From positions 1 to 32,569 of the forward strand of contig JBDHWW010000035.1 in NCBI GenBank assembly GCA_039810425.1: 32,569 nt of DNA. The letters run 5' to 3'. The position numbers and the translations under genes are program-made. The DNA comes from Pseudobdellovibrionaceae bacterium. Its GTDB lineage: Bacteria > Bdellovibrionota > Bdellovibrionia > Bdellovibrionales > Bdellovibrionaceae. The stretch's first letter is position 1; the number at the start of each line of letters is the position of its first letter. Positions 24,547 to 32,569 of the stretch are shown here, piece by piece. Below the pieces are notes generated by a model that was not told the origin of the DNA, searched no databases, and was given only the letters and a program-made list of their open reading frames with translations.

Positions 24547-25991
24547 TTTGACGGTGCTACACCCTTTGACTGGATAGATATTGATTTAACGCCAAAGTAA
24601 TCAGCCATGGCCCTATTGTCGCCTTCGCTTGGATTCTCACTAATCTCTGCGAAAAAGATAGTTTCAGGATGGAAGCTCAGGGCCGGAACTACGATATCTT
24701 TATCTCGAGATTCAGGATCTTCTAGAACCGCGATCCGTTGGGCCTGTTCTGAAGCATAAATAGGCGCCCGGTATAACAAGTCAGCCCATGCAACACCAAA
24801 ATTACTAACCGCAAACAAACTTAAAATAAAAACGGCGGCGTGGAATTTTGCAGGATATTTCTTAATTATAGCATCATAGATCTTTTGAGATTTAATCGGC
24901 TGGCTCCACAAATACTGACAGTACATTAAAATCAAAAACACCAAATGCATATAGCAATAAAGGTTCATCGCTCGACGAGCTGGTGCGCCTCCCATAGCCC
25001 AGTGAGCGGGCGCCAAAAACAGAAAGCAAGTACTCAAATAAAACAAGACCGTTAAGATACGCGCATTTTTCGAGAAAATACTCGGATGGATTTTTCCTTT
25101 CAAGCCGCTCAAAAATGAAAATGCCGCTATAAAAAATAAAATAATGGAGGGCTTGGTATATCTGAAAAACAACTCAACAATCAGCCCTAATGGTCTAAAT
25201 ATTGTGAATAAAATATTGTGATTGTTCGGAAATAGCGCGCCTCGCACAAGGTTCCCAGGCGCCCGATATACAATGTAAAAACCAATAAGCCCGACAACAA
25301 TTGGAACTAACAATGCAAAAGGAAATTTCCGATAAATAAGGAATCTTACCAAAATTAGTACGGAAATAAAATACAACCACACAACGACCAGGGACTCATT
25401 CACCCCTGGCATTAAAAAAGAAAGTACTGAGAGTACAAAAATGTCGCGAATTTTATTTTTTTCCCAATCTGGCGTTGTGGTCATCGACAATGACAGGCCG
25501 GTGGACGAAAAATAGTAAGCAATACCTAATAAAAATATCACCAAAGATAGTGTGTAGTTCACAACCCCCGGGTACCAGTTAAAAGCTTCGGTTATACTTG
25601 GCATCTCACAGATGTACAGGACTAAGAAAAATACATACATCACTCGGGTCAAACGACTATCAAATTTTGGCCCCAAAAGTGCACGGACAAATGCCCAACA
25701 TGCTCCTAGAAACGTCAAGTACGTGATGATACCAACCCACTTATACCCAAGGAAGGATCGAAATACGACGGGGCTTAGACTCATTAAAGCCGTTGCCACA
25801 TATCGTCCCGACCATTCGTTATAATAATACTCTTGCGTCCCTAAAAAACCTTTTGCAAGCGTGATCAAGGAATAAGGGTAATCATCTGCACTTGGATAAC
25901 TAAAAAAACCTAAAAACAAACATGGAGTCAAAAACGCCAATACAATTGCGACAAGTCGATTTTTATCGATGTAGTTTAAAAGATCTTTCAA
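24543..25991 (-). CDS. Polytopic membrane protein, probable GT-C-fold glycosyltransferase (DUF6056-like)
   Basis: SADDY after TM1, Y..WSGRY, F.W..G..NY, NES, APGN..R. Start TTG 25991 after AGGAGAGG, overlapping the upstream TGA. Confidence 0.65.
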   Translation of the reverse strand: MKDLLNYIDKNRLVAIVLAFLTPCLFLGFFSYPSADDYPYSLITLAKGFLGTQEYYYNEWSGRYVATALMSLSPVVFRSFLGYKWVGIITYLTFLGACWAFVRALLGPKFDSRLTRVMYVFFLVLYICEMPSITEAFNWYPGVVNYTLSLVIFLLGIAYYFSSTGLSLSMTTTPDWEKNKIRDIFVLSVLSFLMPGVNESLVVVWLYFISVLILVRFLIYRKFPFALLVPIVVGLIGFYIVYRAPGNLVRGALFPNNHNILFTIFRPLGLIVELFFRYTKPSIILFFIAAFSFLSGLKGKIHPSIFSKNARILTVLFYLSTCFLFLAPAHWAMGGAPARRAMNLYCYMHLVFLILMYCQYLWSQPIKSQKIYDAIIKKYPAKFHAAVFILSLFAVSNFGVAWADLLYRAPIYASEQAQRIAVLEDPESRDKDIVVPALSFHPETIFFAEISENPSEGDNRAMADYFGVKSISIQSKGVAPSN

Positions 25992-27217
25992 TGCCTCTCC
26001 TGTCGACGCTCTTCTAGGGATTGAACCCAATCAGAAACTATTTTCGAAAAACTCAATTTCGAAATCACAAACTCCCTGTTTCTTTCCCCCATTTGCAGCC
26101 TTCGAGCCGATTCGAGCTTCATGCTCATGAACGCATTTGCCAAGGCTTCGGGCTGTTCGGGCTCGATGATCACCCCTCCGTCAATAGACTTGAGCAATTC
26201 AGCCCCTTCACCAAATCCTGCATACAAGATCGGTTTTTTCATGGCCATTAAGGGAAACATTTTTGCCGGGCGTGTCTCATTTGCCAGTGGCGAGTTTCGC
26301 ATATGGATAAGCCCCAAGTCTGCAGAATCGATATAACTGACTAGTTCTTTAGGCGGTACGGGATCACAAAAGGTTACATTTCTAAGACCAACAGTTCGCG
26401 AATACTCTTGAAGTTTATCTTTTTCAGAGCCGCCACCGACAAAAACAAAATGCAGGGAGGGATCTTTTGACTGAAGAATTTCCGCCGCCATAAGTACCTT
26501 TTCAAGTGCATGGGCGTAACCATGGTTTCCGGGATAAATTGCCAAAAACTTATCCTCTAACCCCAACTTCTGCTTCATAGTTTGACTGCCTGTGGGTTCA
26601 AACATCGAAGTATCCACACCATTAGGCAAAAAGAGAATCTTTTCTAGTGGAACGCCTTTTTCCTGAAGTAGGCACTCCCGGATACCTTCAGTCACTGCAG
26701 TCACATAATCAGCCTGGCGATAGCTCCAAAGCTCGAGCCATCCTGCCAATTTCAAAAAAACTTTTCCGCCAAGGCCTTGAATATGTTCAACTGATCTCGG
26801 CCACAAATCCGAGACGTTAAAGACCATGTCTGCGCTCCAAAGCTTAGAGTAAAACCAACCAGGGATGGACAAAAACAATGGGCCTGAATTCACAAAAACA
26901 ACGTCAGGCTTTTGGCACTTAAAAACACCAAAAAATGCCGTAAATGCAAAACTTAGATAATTTAAAAGTCGTTTGATTGTTTTACCTTGCGAGGGGTAAC
27001 ACCAAAAATGATGGACATCGATCCCATTCCATTTATCTTTGATATAAAATCTATTTCTATACTCAGGAGCAATTACTCCGGTCGGATAATTTGGCATACA
27101 GGTGACGACTTCAACTTCATGACCAGCTTTACTTAGCTCTTGAGCAACGGCGGCTAAGCGAGTTTGCGCTGCACCTACTTCAGGGGGAAAATATTGCGTC
27201 AGTATTAGAAATCTCAT
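25988..27217 (-). CDS. GT4 glycosyltransferase, WbuB-like
   Basis: LTQYFPPEVGAA..R, PNYPTG, RLLNYLSF, DLWP, PNGVD, P.KMF..MA..KPI. Confidence 0.9.
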   Translation of the reverse strand: MRFLILTQYFPPEVGAAQTRLAAVAQELSKAGHEVEVVTCMPNYPTGVIAPEYRNRFYIKDKWNGIDVHHFWCYPSQGKTIKRLLNYLSFAFTAFFGVFKCQKPDVVFVNSGPLFLSIPGWFYSKLWSADMVFNVSDLWPRSVEHIQGLGGKVFLKLAGWLELWSYRQADYVTAVTEGIRECLLQEKGVPLEKILFLPNGVDTSMFEPTGSQTMKQKLGLEDKFLAIYPGNHGYAHALEKVLMAAEILQSKDPSLHFVFVGGGSEKDKLQEYSRTVGLRNVTFCDPVPPKELVSYIDSADLGLIHMRNSPLANETRPAKMFPLMAMKKPILYAGFGEGAELLKSIDGGVIIEPEQPEALANAFMSMKLESARRLQMGERNREFVISKLSFSKIVSDWVQSLEERRQERH

Positions 27218-27317
27218 TAAAACCCATAATTTAGTTGATTTAACGCCATCCGTAATAACATATTAACTAACTAGAGTATTCAAAAAAATACATCCTGTAA
27301 ATGCCTATAAGGACCCT

Positions 27318-28427
27318 ATGAACCAACGCACATATAAGATCTGCACTCATTGCGTAATGGACACATCGGATCATAACATTCAGTTTGATCAAGCAGGCGT
27401 CTGTAATCATTGTCACAACTATGAAGTCGGCGCACTCAAGTTCAAACAAATTCCAACGACTCCTTTAGATCAGCTTTTTCAAAAGCTCAAAGAAAACGGG
27501 AAGGGCAAGCCCTATGACGCAATTATGGGCCTCAGCGGTGGAGTGGACTCGTCTTATCTAGCTTGGCTTGCCGCTCAAAACGGCGTCCGCGTTCTGGCTA
27601 TCCACCTCGATAATGGATGGAATTCTGAAATCGCCGTTCAAAATATATATAACATCGTCAACAAGCTGAACTTTGACCTCTACACTCACGTTATCGACTG
27701 GGAAGAGTTCGCAAGCCTGCAGCGTGCCTTCTTGAAAGCAGACGTCATCGATATTGAACTTCTATCGGATCATGCGATTTTCTCCGTAATCATGAATCAG
27801 GCAAAAAAACATGGAATCCGCTACATTCTTTCGGGCGCAAACTTCGTGACAGAATCTATTTTACCAAAAAGCTGGGTTCATAGAAAATCGGATTTCACGC
27901 ATATTAAGGCTATTAATAAAATCTATGGCGAGCGCTCGATCAAAACGTTCCCTCACGCAAGCACCTTTGACATGGCAGTTTCGACATTTGTCCGTGGCTA
28001 TAAAACACTGAAACCTTTGAATCACATTCAGTACGTAAAATCCGATGCCATGGAAATTATCAAAAAAGAACTTGGCTGGGTCGACTACGGCGGCAAGCAC
28101 TATGAGTCACTCTTCACTAAGTTCTACCAAGCTTATATTTTGCCGACGAAGTTTCATGTCGATAAAAGAAGAGCTCATCTATCGAACTTGATTTGCTCTG
28201 GCCAAATGACCCGCGACCAAGCGCTGGCCGTCCTCGACAAACCGCTTTACGAAAAGAATGATTTTGAACGCGATAAGGATTTATTCTTAAAAAAACTCTC
28301 AATCTCTGAGGAGTTTTTCCAAGAGTACCTGAAACGTCCTGAAAAACAGCATTCGTTCTATAAAACGGATGATAAAGCGTACAAGGTATTACTAAAAATC
28401 AAAGAGATGTTGAAATACGAAATCTAA
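27318..28427 (+). CDS. N-acetyl sugar amidotransferase (WbuX/WbpG-like PP-loop protein)
   Basis: CTHCVMD...GVCNHC, YDAIMGLSGGVDSSY (PP-loop), HLDNGWNSE, YGGKHYES, DKRRAHLS.LI.SGQMTR. Confidence 0.9.
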   Translation: MNQRTYKICTHCVMDTSDHNIQFDQAGVCNHCHNYEVGALKFKQIPTTPLDQLFQKLKENGKGKPYDAIMGLSGGVDSSYLAWLAAQNGVRVLAIHLDNGWNSEIAVQNIYNIVNKLNFDLYTHVIDWEEFASLQRAFLKADVIDIELLSDHAIFSVIMNQAKKHGIRYILSGANFVTESILPKSWVHRKSDFTHIKAINKIYGERSIKTFPHASTFDMAVSTFVRGYKTLKPLNHIQYVKSDAMEIIKKELGWVDYGGKHYESLFTKFYQAYILPTKFHVDKRRAHLSNLICSGQMTRDQALAVLDKPLYEKNDFERDKDLFLKKLSISEEFFQEYLKRPEKQHSFYKTDDKAYKVLLKIKEMLKYEI

Positions 28428-28428
28428 T

Positions 28429-29688
28429 ATGAAGGTTAACGGCAAGTTACTTAAAGATATCTTTATCCATATTGGCGGAGACTTTCTTTCTAAGGCGATT
28501 CCGTTCCTTCTACTCCCCGTCCTGACCCGCTATCTGTCATCCTATGACTACGGCATTGTCGGGAATTATCAGTCTGTGGTTTCCATTTTAACTTCGCTGA
28601 TTGGGCTTTCTTCAAGTGCGTGGCTTGCAACTGAGTATTACTCGAACGCAGAAGGTTTAAAACAAAAGAATTTTCAATCCTGTTTGGCATTTATCCTGAT
28701 TACAGCACTGATTGTTTTTGCGTTGATACTGGTTCTGCCAGAAGCCTTGACTGAGAAGATCGGACTCACCAGAGAAATCTTAGGATTGGCCGGCCTTCAT
28801 GCCACCGGAGCTGCGATTATTGCAGTTGTTTTATCTCAATTTCAGGTTTCAAAACGTGCGCTGCAATTTGCCAGTCTGAATTTCACGCTGATTTTCTTTA
28901 GTACTGCCATCGCCCTTTGGATGATCATTAGTCAGAAGATGGGGTATATGGGAAGAATTTATTCTTTTCTTATAGCCTATACGCCAGTGGCCTTATATTA
29001 CTTTTTCCAAGCTCGACCACTACATACATTTAAAACCGAGGCTAGCAAACGTCGTTTAACTGAGATTGCAAGGTTTGGCCTGCCATTAGTACCCCATGAG
29101 CTTTCTTCGTGGATCTCAAACTATATCGACCGAGTTTTCATCAGCACGCTGATTTCCATTGAGTCCGCCGGCATCTATACCGTCGTCTTTCAAATTTGCT
29201 ATGCTTACGAGGCTCTGCTAATCGCAACCAACCGCGGTATTGTTCCTTACATGTATGAAGACATGAGCCGTGCCAAGGAAAATCCAGAAGCTGTCCCAAA
29301 AATCTGGAAACGCATCCGTATCCTTATTGCGGCTTCAACCACCATCTACCTCATCGGTCTAACTTGCGGGCCATTCCTCTACAAACATTTTATCGGTGGG
29401 GATTTCCAACAAGGTCTTGTAGTCTTGCCTATTCTTCTGACGGCATTTTACCTAAAAACCTATTACTACCTTTTCGTAAATTTCATTTTCTACAGTAAAA
29501 AAACACTGCGCTTATCCAGCATTACAGCTTTAGTCGCTGTGGCACAGGCTGGATTGTCTTTCGCACTCATCAAACAGATCGGAATATTTGGCCCGGCCTG
29601 GGCCGCCCTTGGCGGATCACTGCTCACATCTGGCCTTGTGGTTTGGTTTGGTGTGAAAGAAATTAAAGCTCTTAGCAAAAGCCACTAG
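28429..29688 (+). CDS. wzx: Wzx-type oligosaccharide flippase
   Basis: AIPFLLLPVLTRYLS..DYG, FGLPLVPH, IDR.FI, AGIY, IGIFGPAWA; about 12 TM segments. Confidence 0.85.
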   Translation: MKVNGKLLKDIFIHIGGDFLSKAIPFLLLPVLTRYLSSYDYGIVGNYQSVVSILTSLIGLSSSAWLATEYYSNAEGLKQKNFQSCLAFILITALIVFALILVLPEALTEKIGLTREILGLAGLHATGAAIIAVVLSQFQVSKRALQFASLNFTLIFFSTAIALWMIISQKMGYMGRIYSFLIAYTPVALYYFFQARPLHTFKTEASKRRLTEIARFGLPLVPHELSSWISNYIDRVFISTLISIESAGIYTVVFQICYAYEALLIATNRGIVPYMYEDMSRAKENPEAVPKIWKRIRILIAASTTIYLIGLTCGPFLYKHFIGGDFQQGLVVLPILLTAFYLKTYYYLFVNFIFYSKKTLRLSSITALVAVAQAGLSFALIKQIGIFGPAWAALGGSLLTSGLVVWFGVKEIKALSKSH

Positions 29689-30929
29689 TTTTTAAGAAGC
29701 GATTTCACAATCTCGACGAGTTCTTTCACAATAACGGAAACGCCATCATCTTGCCCAACGTGAAACTTATAAAAATCATGTTGTCTTTTTCTAAATTCCT
29801 CAGGATTCTCCTGGATCTTCCCGATGATTTCCTGAAAGTCAGCAAGTGAATTCTTCTCGGTCAGGCAAGGCAGTTTAAATAAGCCCATTTGTAAGTAGGA
29901 GTTGTCATCATAGTTGGACATATAAATACTGACTGCTGGAAGTTTTTTAGCGCCCGCCTCAAGAGCCGAATTGGAATAGTGATGCACCAAAAGATCCGGT
30001 TGGATCCTATCAATCAAATCTCCAACGAGCTGATCGCCTGTACAGAGATTAAAGCTATTCCGACAACGAGTCTCAAAGGCCTCATCTTTTTTAGCTACGG
30101 GGTGCGGCTTATAGTAAACCTCAGCATCCATTTTACTTAGCCATTCATATGTTCGGTCCATCACCGCCGACTGAATAGCAGATTCCTTCTCGTCAGCGGG
30201 AAGGAACCAAGTGCCCATATAAAGTACTTTCATTTTTGAACGATTTTCTTTGATCAGCACCGTTTCTTTTGTTGCGCGTGCTAAAAAAGGGCTTCCTGAA
30301 ATAACAAAACGGTCGGTCTCTCCGTACTTGTTTTGACAATGTCTTAGGTTCTCAATCGAACTCTCGCCAAAGACAAAGAAGCAATGAAAGTCTGTCATAA
30401 AATGCCATGGCCCCTGAGGAATCACCGCATGAGCAATATTTACGTACTTACCACCAGCTTGAGTCATCGCCCTCTTAAGATACGGAGAAAGATATAAACA
30501 ATCCTCAAGAGTTACGATGACTTTGGGACGATATTTGACGCAGACAAAGCGCGTATACCAGCGCTCAAAGAGAAAAATAATTCCGGCACCCAAATCTTTC
30601 CACGAAGGTACAAGCTCACGGTGTTGAATAATTTTTTTTCGGTCAAAAACAATCTGCTCGACCGTAAAGCCGGCTTCTTTCAGTCGACCCACGATCGCGG
30701 CCGTTTTCTGAATTTCATTCTCATAAACATGGATAAAAAGAAAGTCTGTGGCTTTCACTTCGGGCAGCTTTAAAAAGAGCCCAGCCAAAAGCGTGGCTGT
30801 ATCTAAAGCATAACGAAGCAATATGAACTTTATCTTGAGGATGCCTGGCTTTAACTGAGCCATGTATGCCCAAACAGCTTTCAACTTGCTGGTTTCTTCT
30901 ACAGTCAGTGTTAAATCAATAAATGCCAC
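29685..30929 (-). CDS. Hypothetical polysaccharide biosynthesis protein, probable GT-B-fold transferase
   Basis: GTG start; NIAHA, FFVFGE, SGSP, YKPHP, YSNSALEA...LP. These recall the HP and S(T/S)..LE motifs of sialyl/glycerophosphate-type transferases. Confidence 0.5.
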   Translation of the reverse strand: MAFIDLTLTVEETSKLKAVWAYMAQLKPGILKIKFILLRYALDTATLLAGLFLKLPEVKATDFLFIHVYENEIQKTAAIVGRLKEAGFTVEQIVFDRKKIIQHRELVPSWKDLGAGIIFLFERWYTRFVCVKYRPKVIVTLEDCLYLSPYLKRAMTQAGGKYVNIAHAVIPQGPWHFMTDFHCFFVFGESSIENLRHCQNKYGETDRFVISGSPFLARATKETVLIKENRSKMKVLYMGTWFLPADEKESAIQSAVMDRTYEWLSKMDAEVYYKPHPVAKKDEAFETRCRNSFNLCTGDQLVGDLIDRIQPDLLVHHYSNSALEAGAKKLPAVSIYMSNYDDNSYLQMGLFKLPCLTEKNSLADFQEIIGKIQENPEEFRKRQHDFYKFHVGQDDGVSVIVKELVEIVKSLLKN

Positions 30930-31050
30930 GTTACCCCTCGAATTACGTACCCGATTGTATTTTGCCGCCCCCTAAATCTATATACGCGGCGGGTTATCTT
31001 AGTTGGAATTTGCAAACCTTCCTGAAATCTTAAAAAATCACCGCAAAGAT

Positions 31051-31674
31051 ATGATCGGACTTGTAGACTTAGACATCGGAAATATTGGTTCTATTTCAAA
31101 TATGCTGCGCCGGCTTGGCGTTGAGCATGTGATTTCCAAAGATCTCACAGTACTGGAAAAGGCATCAAAACTGATTCTTCCAGGCGTGGGTGCTTTTGAT
31201 AGCGTAATGGGCCGAGTTCAAGAAATGCAACTCGTCCCCTTTCTAGAAGAACAAGTCTGCCAGAAAAAGAAACCCTTTATGGGCGTCTGCGTGGGCATGC
31301 AAATTCTTGCAAATGCCAGCGAAGAAGGAAATCTTCAAGGCCTCGGCTGGATTCCCGGCCAAGTTAAAAAATTCACATTTGAAGGCGAAGTCACTAAGTT
31401 GCGCGTCCCGCATATGGGTTGGAACAAAGTCAACCCAACCAGCTCCGACCTTATTTTCAAGGATCAAAATCCTGAAGATGCTTTCTTTTACTTTGTCCAT
31501 TCTTACTACTATGAAGTTGCGGACCCAATGTCTTCTTTAGCGACAACCACTTACGGAAAAGAATTCACTTCGATCGTAAAGAAAGACAATATCTACGGAG
31601 TTCAGTTCCATCCTGAGAAAAGTCACAAACACGGCCTCCTTCTTTTCAAAAACTTTTCGGAAATCCCATGCTAA
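31051..31674 (+). CDS. HisH-like glutamine amidotransferase (WbuY-type paralogue)
   Basis: GNIGS, LILPGVGAFD, GVCVGMQ, PHMGWN, FYFVHSY, GVQFHPEKSH; located in a polysaccharide locus, not a his operon. Confidence 0.9.
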   Translation: MIGLVDLDIGNIGSISNMLRRLGVEHVISKDLTVLEKASKLILPGVGAFDSVMGRVQEMQLVPFLEEQVCQKKKPFMGVCVGMQILANASEEGNLQGLGWIPGQVKKFTFEGEVTKLRVPHMGWNKVNPTSSDLIFKDQNPEDAFFYFVHSYYYEVADPMSSLATTTYGKEFTSIVKKDNIYGVQFHPEKSHKHGLLLFKNFSEIPC

Positions 31675-32432
31675 GACCACGTATTATCCCAGTCCTTCAG
31701 ATCATGGGCCAAGGCCTTTACAAGACTGTTGAATTTAAACATCCCTCCTATGTCGGCGACCCTTTGATTGCAGTTAAAATTTTCAACGATAAAGAAGTCG
31801 ATGAGATTCTTGTTGTCGATCTCAATGCAACTCGAGGTGCGAATAAGCCTCGCTTTGATTACCTTAAACAATTAGCTTCGGAAAGCTTTGTACCTCTTGC
31901 CTATGGTGGTGGCGTCAGCACTCTCAAAGAAGTTGAAACGCTCATAAAAATCGGTTTTGAAAAGGTAGTGTTTAACTCATCTCTTAAAAATGGTTTTGAT
32001 CTTGTTACAGCCTCGGCAAACCTGATCGGGTCACAAAGCGTTGTGGTCAGCATCGATTACAAGAAAAAGCTTTTTGGTAAAAAAGAGGTCTACTTTAACG
32101 CAGGAACTACCTCAAGTGGAATGACTCCGGTCGAATTTGCTCTAAAAGCTGAAGCTGCTGGCGCCGGCGAGTTGATTGTCCAAAGCATTGAAAAAGATGG
32201 CACTCAAAAAGGCTATGATGTCGATACTATTTCTGAAATCGCGGCAGCTGTGAAAATTCCGGTAGTTGGCTGCGGTGGTGCTGCTAACTACCAAAACTGT
32301 ATTGACGTGATCAAAGATGGACATGCATCAGCGGCAGCTGCTGGTGCCCTCTTCGTTTACCAAGGCAAGTTTAAGGCCGTCCTAATTAACTATCCACAAC
32401 GCAAGTGGATCCAACAACAACTTGGATACTAA
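31668..32432 (+). CDS. HisF-like cyclase (WbuZ / HisF2-type paralogue)
   Basis: MLRPRIIP, YVGDP..AVKIFNDKEVDE, PLAYGGG, GSQSVVVSID, GAGE, DGT..GYD, AVLINYP C-terminal motif of the polysaccharide-linked paralogues. Confidence 0.9.
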   Translation: MLRPRIIPVLQIMGQGLYKTVEFKHPSYVGDPLIAVKIFNDKEVDEILVVDLNATRGANKPRFDYLKQLASESFVPLAYGGGVSTLKEVETLIKIGFEKVVFNSSLKNGFDLVTASANLIGSQSVVVSIDYKKKLFGKKEVYFNAGTTSSGMTPVEFALKAEAAGAGELIVQSIEKDGTQKGYDVDTISEIAAAVKIPVVGCGGAANYQNCIDVIKDGHASAAAAGALFVYQGKFKAVLINYPQRKWIQQQLGY

Positions 32433-32435
32433 AAT

Positions 32436-32546
32436 ATGCGATTATTAGAAATCGAACGACTGAGAGCTTTTGCAGTAGTAATGGTTATCATTGGGAGAAA
32501 TTTTGGAAAGTTGTGGACGGCTGACAAAAGAAACATAGCGGCATAA
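32436..32546 (+). pseudogene. Truncated acyltransferase-3 (OafA-like) N-terminus
   Basis: MRLLEIERLRAFAVVMVIIG matches the R..ID.LR..A...V...H start of AT3 proteins, but the His is missing and a stop follows after 36 codons. Confidence 0.6.
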
Positions 32547-32569
32547 CCTTGTTGGTGCATAAACCAACC

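Noticed and set aside
31051..32432. Histidine biosynthesis genes hisH/hisF
   Set aside because: Glycan-locus context, the linked amidotransferase and the AVLINYP tail indicate the polysaccharide-modifying paralogues.
1..32569. CRISPR array or cas operon to accompany the Cas10-like motif
   Set aside because: No repeat-spacer array or recognisable cas gene was seen; the palm protein has a signal peptide and no HD domain.
32541..32569. Integron attC site starting at GCATAAC
   Set aside because: Imperfect RYYYAAC match, the window ends before a partner GTTRRRY could be seen, and no integron integrase is present.

Overview
Bacterial chromosomal window, most likely from a Bdellovibrio-like predator (Bdellovibrionota). 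That assignment is inferred from the stand-alone mreB paralogue, Cys-rich secreted hypotheticals, a sigma54-fronted RAYT and a pseudo-receiver protein type. Left edge: tRNA-His(GTG) whose 3' flank looks like an integrative-element junction. About 0.4-18 kb is mostly core: FecR-like protein, GT2, beta-barrel + mreB, class IV aminotransferase, a carbonic anhydrase remnant, metG, TrmH, tsaA/trmO, MFS, exoD, ECF sigma/anti-sigma, a 792-aa secreted protein, an EEP hydrolase, cysK and a pseudo-receiver protein. About 18.2-20 kb is a small accessory islet: intact brnTA, a RAYT-like Y1 transposase, a second TA pair whose toxin is internally deleted, and a perfect 22-bp inverted repeat. From 20 kb to the end is a surface-polysaccharide/O-antigen locus: GT2, galE, priming sugar transferase, WaaL-type ligase, GT-C-like protein, GT4, WbuXYZ-type amidotransferase + HisH/HisF paralogues, Wzx and a truncated acyltransferase. 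The most striking observation is the signal-peptide protein at 12011-14389. By eye it carries a degenerate GGDEF-like palm followed by a Cas10-like palm (SADMSGMG...CSGDDC), with no CRISPR locus in the window, so it is a candidate exported nucleotide cyclase/polymerase effector. All calls come from motif reading only; no searches were run.
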